This document shows positions 49,615 through 53,575 of a DNA stretch of 53,575 bases, in pieces. Below the pieces are notes generated by a model. The model ran no database searches. It was given only the letters and a program-made list of their open reading frames with translations, and was not told where the DNA came from. Origin of the DNA: a bacterium (lineage in GTDB: Bacteria; SZUA-182; DTGQ01; JAFGSM01); assembly GCA_049472335.1 (NCBI GenBank), contig JBLIRO010000034.1, positions 1 to 53,575 of the forward strand, read 5' to 3'. Position numbers and translations under genes: made by a program. Every line of letters starts with the position of its first letter. The stretch's first letter is position 1.

Positions 49615-49859
49615 TTAGCATTTCTATTTATTAAATTGAATTTATAATACCATTTTATATTTCATAAAATCCTTTCGACATATAAGACGAAGAATCTATT
49701 AAATGATTACGATATGAAGTCACTGTGTCAACACTCTCTTTTTCTCAATATCGCTCAGATATGGAATTAAGATTTAAGACCATAAAAAAATTAAGCCAAA
49801 GAACAAAGTGGAATTTTTATAATCTTTCGACATATTCTTTTCAAAAGAGATAAAATTAA

Positions 49860-49970
49860 ATGAAGATCGGAGCCAGTTATCTAGGTGACAGAAAATGTGA
49901 ATTTTCGGTTTCTCAACCATTGCGGATCATGGGAAATTCAGAAGATTAGCATGGATGGCTAACATACGTG
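49860..49970 (+). pseudogene. Possible remnant of treZ (malto-oligosyltrehalose trehalohydrolase) 5' end
   Basis: MKIGASYLGDRKCEFSV resembles the TreZ N-terminus; SQPLRIMGNSE resembles the SQPxGVHGPSE motif. Ends in an early stop. Confidence 0.4.
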
Positions 49971-49990
49971 TGAGACTAGTAGATTATAGT

Positions 49991-50027
49991 AAAAAAAGAA
50001 CCCGCATAAAATATGCGGGCTCCTTTT
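49991..50027 (-). terminator. Intrinsic terminator downstream of the Gly-rich gene
   Basis: CCCGCATA-AAA-TATGCGGG stem with an A7 run (U-tract on the minus strand). Confidence 0.8.
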
Positions 50028-50052
50028 GTTGATATTTAAAAAGTTCGTTGTA

Positions 50053-50778
50053 TTAAATTAAGCCGGTCAGGCCAAAGCCCGTCATGCCTAAACCCGTTAG
50101 GCCTAACCCCGTCATGCCTAAACCACCAAGACCCAGGCTAAGACTTCCAAGTCCACCCATCATCAATGGGGACATAAGGCCACCAAGGCCCATCATACCA
50201 AGACCGCCGCCTAAACCAAGCCCACCAAGGCCCATCATGCCATAACCGCCAAGCCCCATGCCAAGGCCACCTAAACCAAGCCCACCAAGGCCCATCATGC
50301 CATAACCGCCAAGCCCCATGCCAAGGCCACCTAATCCGAGGCCACCAAGACTGCTGCCTAATCCGAGGCCACCAAGGCCCATCATGCCATAGCCTCCCAT
50401 CATATAGGGACTCATTGAAGTAGTACCATATCCATACTGGGAACCTAAACCAAACATACCGCCTAGGCCACTACCATACATGCCATACATACCACCATAC
50501 ATGCCGTAGCCAGATCCATACATGCCGTAGCCAGATCCATACATGCCGTAGCCAGATCCATACATGCCGTAGCTACCTAAACCACTACCGTACATACCAT
50601 AACCAGATCCGTACATACCGTACATACCATATGGACTATAACCATAGCTGGATGTATATGGAGAAGTAAATTGTGCAAAACACACATTGGAAGATACTAA
50701 TAAAATCCCTAAAAAGAGGATCGATAAAAATAAAACACTTTTAACCATAATCTTATGTGACATTCTTTTTAACCTCAT
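50053..50778 (-). CDS. Secreted Gly/Tyr/Met/Leu-rich repetitive protein
   Basis: Signal peptide CFA|Q. GSGYGMY heptads (21-bp repeats), 20-aa GLGGLGMGLGGYGMMGL repeats (60-bp), GLGMTGL tail. Has its own terminator. Confidence 0.8.
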   Translation of the reverse strand: MRLKRMSHKIMVKSVLFLSILFLGILLVSSNVCFAQFTSPYTSSYGYSPYGMYGMYGSGYGMYGSGLGSYGMYGSGYGMYGSGYGMYGSGYGMYGGMYGMYGSGLGGMFGLGSQYGYGTTSMSPYMMGGYGMMGLGGLGLGSSLGGLGLGGLGMGLGGYGMMGLGGLGLGGLGMGLGGYGMMGLGGLGLGGGLGMMGLGGLMSPLMMGGLGSLSLGLGGLGMTGLGLTGLGMTGFGLTGLI

Positions 50779-50973
50779 TACAACAAGTTTTAAAAATAAT
50801 AAATTAATTAAAAAAACTTATTTTCTTTAAGAATAATATTGAAAAAATTAGCAAAAAAAGTCAAATATTTTTTTTTATAAAAACCACCCCCTGCTCTCCC
50901 TTCCCATAGCTGCAACTAATAGTTTTTGTTTACATGAAGAGTCTGGCATTTCTTTACTATTTAATTTACAACG

Positions 50974-51330
50974 CTATAGAGTTTCTATGATATGATCTAA
51001 TTCATGAAACAAATTACTATTTTTATTTATACATATGTATGCTCCGATCTCCTTTGCCTTTAAAATGTTTTCATTATCAAGATAGGAAGAAACCATTATT
51101 ATTCTTTGGTTTGGATTGATTTTTAAAATATATTGAAGGATATCAAGACCTTTTGAATCTTTGAGTCTCATATCCAGCAAAACAAGATCAAATTCCCTGA
51201 TATCTATTTTGTCCTGAAATTCAGCATAGGAAATACATATTTCCACATCATATTCTTTATGTGACAAATGATATTTTAAGGCATTACAGAAGATAATATT
51301 GTCATCTATAACCAAAATTTTGTTAATCAC
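50974..51330 (-). CDS. Single-domain response regulator
   Basis: ILVIDD, LLDMRL, MVSS and conserved K; GTG start. Confidence 0.85.
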   Translation of the reverse strand: MINKILVIDDNIIFCNALKYHLSHKEYDVEICISYAEFQDKIDIREFDLVLLDMRLKDSKGLDILQYILKINPNQRIIMVSSYLDNENILKAKEIGAYICINKNSNLFHELDHIIETL

Positions 51331-51469
51331 TTTGAACTCTACAACACCAATTTCAATAAGAAACGGGGCTCAAAAATTAAGTTGCACAAAAGATCTATAA
51401 TCAGAATTCAAAATTTCGGTTAAAGATCTTTTCCAATCCGGATAGTAACTATTGACAGAAAGATATTAG

Positions 51470-51485
51470 AGCATTTTATATGCCA
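51470..51485 (-). promoter_or_regulatory. Sigma54 promoter for the 51330 response regulator
   Basis: Minus strand reads TGGCATATAAAATGCT. Confidence 0.7.
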
Positions 51486-51536
51486 ATATTAAAGTCGTTG
51501 TTTTATAAGGTAGTAAAGTTATAGAAAAGCATTAAT

Positions 51537-51583
51537 GTTTCAAAATGAGATGACTGTAAACTCATATAATCCCATAATGAGAC
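51537..51583. promoter_or_regulatory. Paired palindromic enhancer (bEBP UAS) sites
   Basis: Minus strand GTCTCATTATGGGAT and ATCTCATTTTGAAAC, 32 bp apart; closely match the pair at 36020-36065. Confidence 0.7.
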
Positions 51584-51599
51584 CATATAATGAATTGTT

Positions 51600-52985
51600 T
51601 TAAGTTTTATCAATAAATTCAAGTTTCCGAAAAAGCGTGGATCTGCCAATCCCAAGTAATTTTGCTGCAAGTGTTTTATTTCCGCCTGCCCTGCGCAAGA
51701 CCTCTCGTATGCATTTTTTTTCCATCTCTGCCAGGGTGCCAAAATCATTTTCTTTTTTCGATTTCTCAATACAATAGGCAGGTTCGGTGGTTATAGGCTC
51801 AGCAAAAAATGCATCCTCCCTTGGAAAATGGAGAGAAGAAGGTGTAAGGCTATCATTTTCCTCCATTATCATTGCCCTTTCGATTATATTTTTTAGTTCC
51901 CTGACATTCCCTGGATAGATATATTGATGTAAAAGTGGTATTGATTCTTGATGCAGGCTTTTAATATTTTTATGAAATTCACGATTAAATCTTTCAATAA
52001 AGCAATTTGCAAGGGGTATAATATCTTCCTTCCTCTCCCTTAAAGGTGGTATGGTGATAGGGAATACATTGAGCCGGTAAAATAAATCTTCCCTGAATTC
52101 TTTGGAGACAATTTTTTTTCTTAAATCACGGTTTGTTGCAGCTATTACCCTCAGATCGACTTTATGGTCAACAGTACCCCCGATCCTTCTAAAACTCCGC
52201 TGTTCAAGGAACCTTAACAGTTTTGCCTGAATTGAAAGATCCAGTGTTGAGATTTCATCTAAAAACAATGTGCCGCGATCTGTAAGTTCCAGGAGGCCCT
52301 TTTTGGGATTCTTTGCATCTGTGAATGCCCCTTTTTCAAAGCCGAACAGTTCACTCTCCATCAATGAACTGGGCAATGCAGAACAGCTTATATCTATAAA
52401 TGGCTTATCTGCCCTAGGGCCTAAATGATGTATTGTCCTTGCGACCAATTCTTTCCCTGTACCACTTTCCCCCATGATAAGTACAGTACTGTTTTCTAAT
52501 TTAGAGATTTTATTGACTAATTGGTATACCTGTTTCATCTTGGGACTTTCAATAATAGTAATATGGGCTATATCAAATCTTTGCGTTAATTGCTTGAGCA
52601 GTATATTCTCTGTAACAAGGTTATATGTCTTGATCGCCTTTTTTATGGTTATTCTTAGTTCCTCTATGTCAGTGGATTTTACTAAATAGTCATCAGCACC
52701 AAGTTTAATGGCCTTTATGGCGTCGTGGAGATTCTGAGAAGAAGTGAGAATAATAATCTGAATATCAGGGTAATCTGCCTTCACCCTTTTCATTGTTTGA
52801 AAACCGTCAATCCCGGGAAGTGAAAGGTCAAGAAGGACTATATCAAATTCCTCATTTTTCAGTAGTTGCAATGCATCTTCACCACTATATACAGCATGAC
52901 AATCTAAGCTCTCGGATTCAAGATACCGGCATATGCTTCTGCTAATTAAATGATCATCATCAACTATTAGTACTCTATATGACAT
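51600..52985 (-). CDS. NtrC-family sigma54-dependent response regulator (REC-AAA-Fis HTH)
   Basis: REC domain, GESGTGKE, GAFTDA, LFLDEI, FREDLFYRLNV, PGNVREL, LGIGRSTL. Confidence 0.95.
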   Translation of the reverse strand: MSYRVLIVDDDHLISRSICRYLESESLDCHAVYSGEDALQLLKNEEFDIVLLDLSLPGIDGFQTMKRVKADYPDIQIIILTSSQNLHDAIKAIKLGADDYLVKSTDIEELRITIKKAIKTYNLVTENILLKQLTQRFDIAHITIIESPKMKQVYQLVNKISKLENSTVLIMGESGTGKELVARTIHHLGPRADKPFIDISCSALPSSLMESELFGFEKGAFTDAKNPKKGLLELTDRGTLFLDEISTLDLSIQAKLLRFLEQRSFRRIGGTVDHKVDLRVIAATNRDLRKKIVSKEFREDLFYRLNVFPITIPPLRERKEDIIPLANCFIERFNREFHKNIKSLHQESIPLLHQYIYPGNVRELKNIIERAMIMEENDSLTPSSLHFPREDAFFAEPITTEPAYCIEKSKKENDFGTLAEMEKKCIREVLRRAGGNKTLAAKLLGIGRSTLFRKLEFIDKT

Positions 52986-53046
52986 AGTCCTGTTATAATA
53001 AGTAATATTATCATCTTAAATAATTATATTTAATTTAATATTAACC

Positions 53047-53575
53047 CTACAACGTTATATTGTTCAGAAAGCATCCCAACAATGATTTTTTCTTCCTATG
53101 GGAAAGATAAGCTGCACGATTTTTCTTTTGAATCCATTCTACCAATTCTATGGCAGTTTCACTATTAAAAACCTTCAAAGGTAACACGGTCTCAAGTAAA
53201 ATCCTAAGCTGCGAGAGCGTAATAGCAGGTGCTTTTTCCCCCCAATTTTATCATCAGATGCCAGAGGAAAAAATGTGAGAGCATACACATGAGGATATGA
53301 TGATGCCAGCCTAAAAACTTTCTTACCTCATAGTGATCCATGCCCAACTCAGTTTTTGTTTCCTCAAAGCACTGTTCTATCGCCCATCGCATCCCACTAA
53401 GCCATACAAATGTGCCCAAGCGGGTGCTTAAAGAGGCATTGCTTATGTAAAAAGAATAGGAGGGTTTATCACCTATGGTTCGTTTAATCACAAGCCATAC
53501 CGACTTATAGGGAAGTCCATTCCTTGAGAGGACAACCCTTCTTTTGGTAAATTCATACTCTATGGGTCCCTTTGT
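53047..53575 (-). mobile_element. IS701-family-like insertion sequence, 3' end (runs off window)
   Basis: Transposase motif RWAIEQCFEETKTELGMDHYEVR...GWHHH. An alternative-frame tail ends at TAG in ...ACGTTGTAG at 53047. Confidence 0.82.
53204..53575 (-). CDS. IS701-like DDE transposase, partial C-terminal region
   Basis: Open frame from the window edge with the RW.IE..F...K...G.DHYE.R motif. Confidence 0.82.
   Translation of the reverse strand, partial: TKGPIEYEFTKRRVVLSRNGLPYKSVWLVIKRTIGDKPSYSFYISNASLSTRLGTFVWLSGMRWAIEQCFEETKTELGMDHYEVRKFLGWHHHILMCMLSHFFLWHLMIKLGGKSTCYYALAA

Noticed and set aside
50053..50778. Magnetosome Mms6/MamD homologue
   Set aside because: Only compositional GL similarity; there is no acidic C-terminus and no mam/mms genes nearby.

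Overview
This 53.6-kb bacterial chromosomal window has moderate-GC genes and very AT-rich spacers. Its gene content resembles an anaerobic, sigma54-using, deltaproteobacterium-like organism, but taxonomy cannot be fixed from the sequence. The left part mixes housekeeping genes (cmk, icd, a YhaO/YhaN-like nuclease-ATPase pair, MgtC, DsbA, a DRG-type GTPase, dodecin, YvcK, a radical SAM enzyme, Crp/Fnr) with many secreted or lipoprotein genes. A 3' tRNA-Leu fragment at ~32.05 kb looks like an att scar. To its right lie a DUF3160 protein, a sigma54-driven B12-radical-SAM + PlsA/Ger-like operon, a signalling cluster (PAS kinase, CheB-CheR, response regulator, NtrC-type activator), a multi-BON protein, a Gly/Tyr/Met-rich secreted protein and an IS701-like end. 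Main observations: (1) one 766-aa secreted protein whose N-terminal, middle and C-terminal modules reappear in three other loci, plus a set of secreted proteins predicted to start with Gln followed by aromatic/Pro/Gly low-complexity sequence (candidate surface or matrix system); (2) a candidate ether-lipid operon that shares a paired enhancer and sigma54 promoter with a gene beside the NtrC regulator; (3) an IDH with a Cys4 zinc-ribbon-like insertion beside the active-site Ser; (4) an active/dead pair of membrane TPR-C39 peptidases; (5) unannotated mobile remnants (RAYT pseudogene in 27-bp IRs, palindromic MITE with 8-bp TSD). All family assignments come from motif recognition by eye; no database searches were run.
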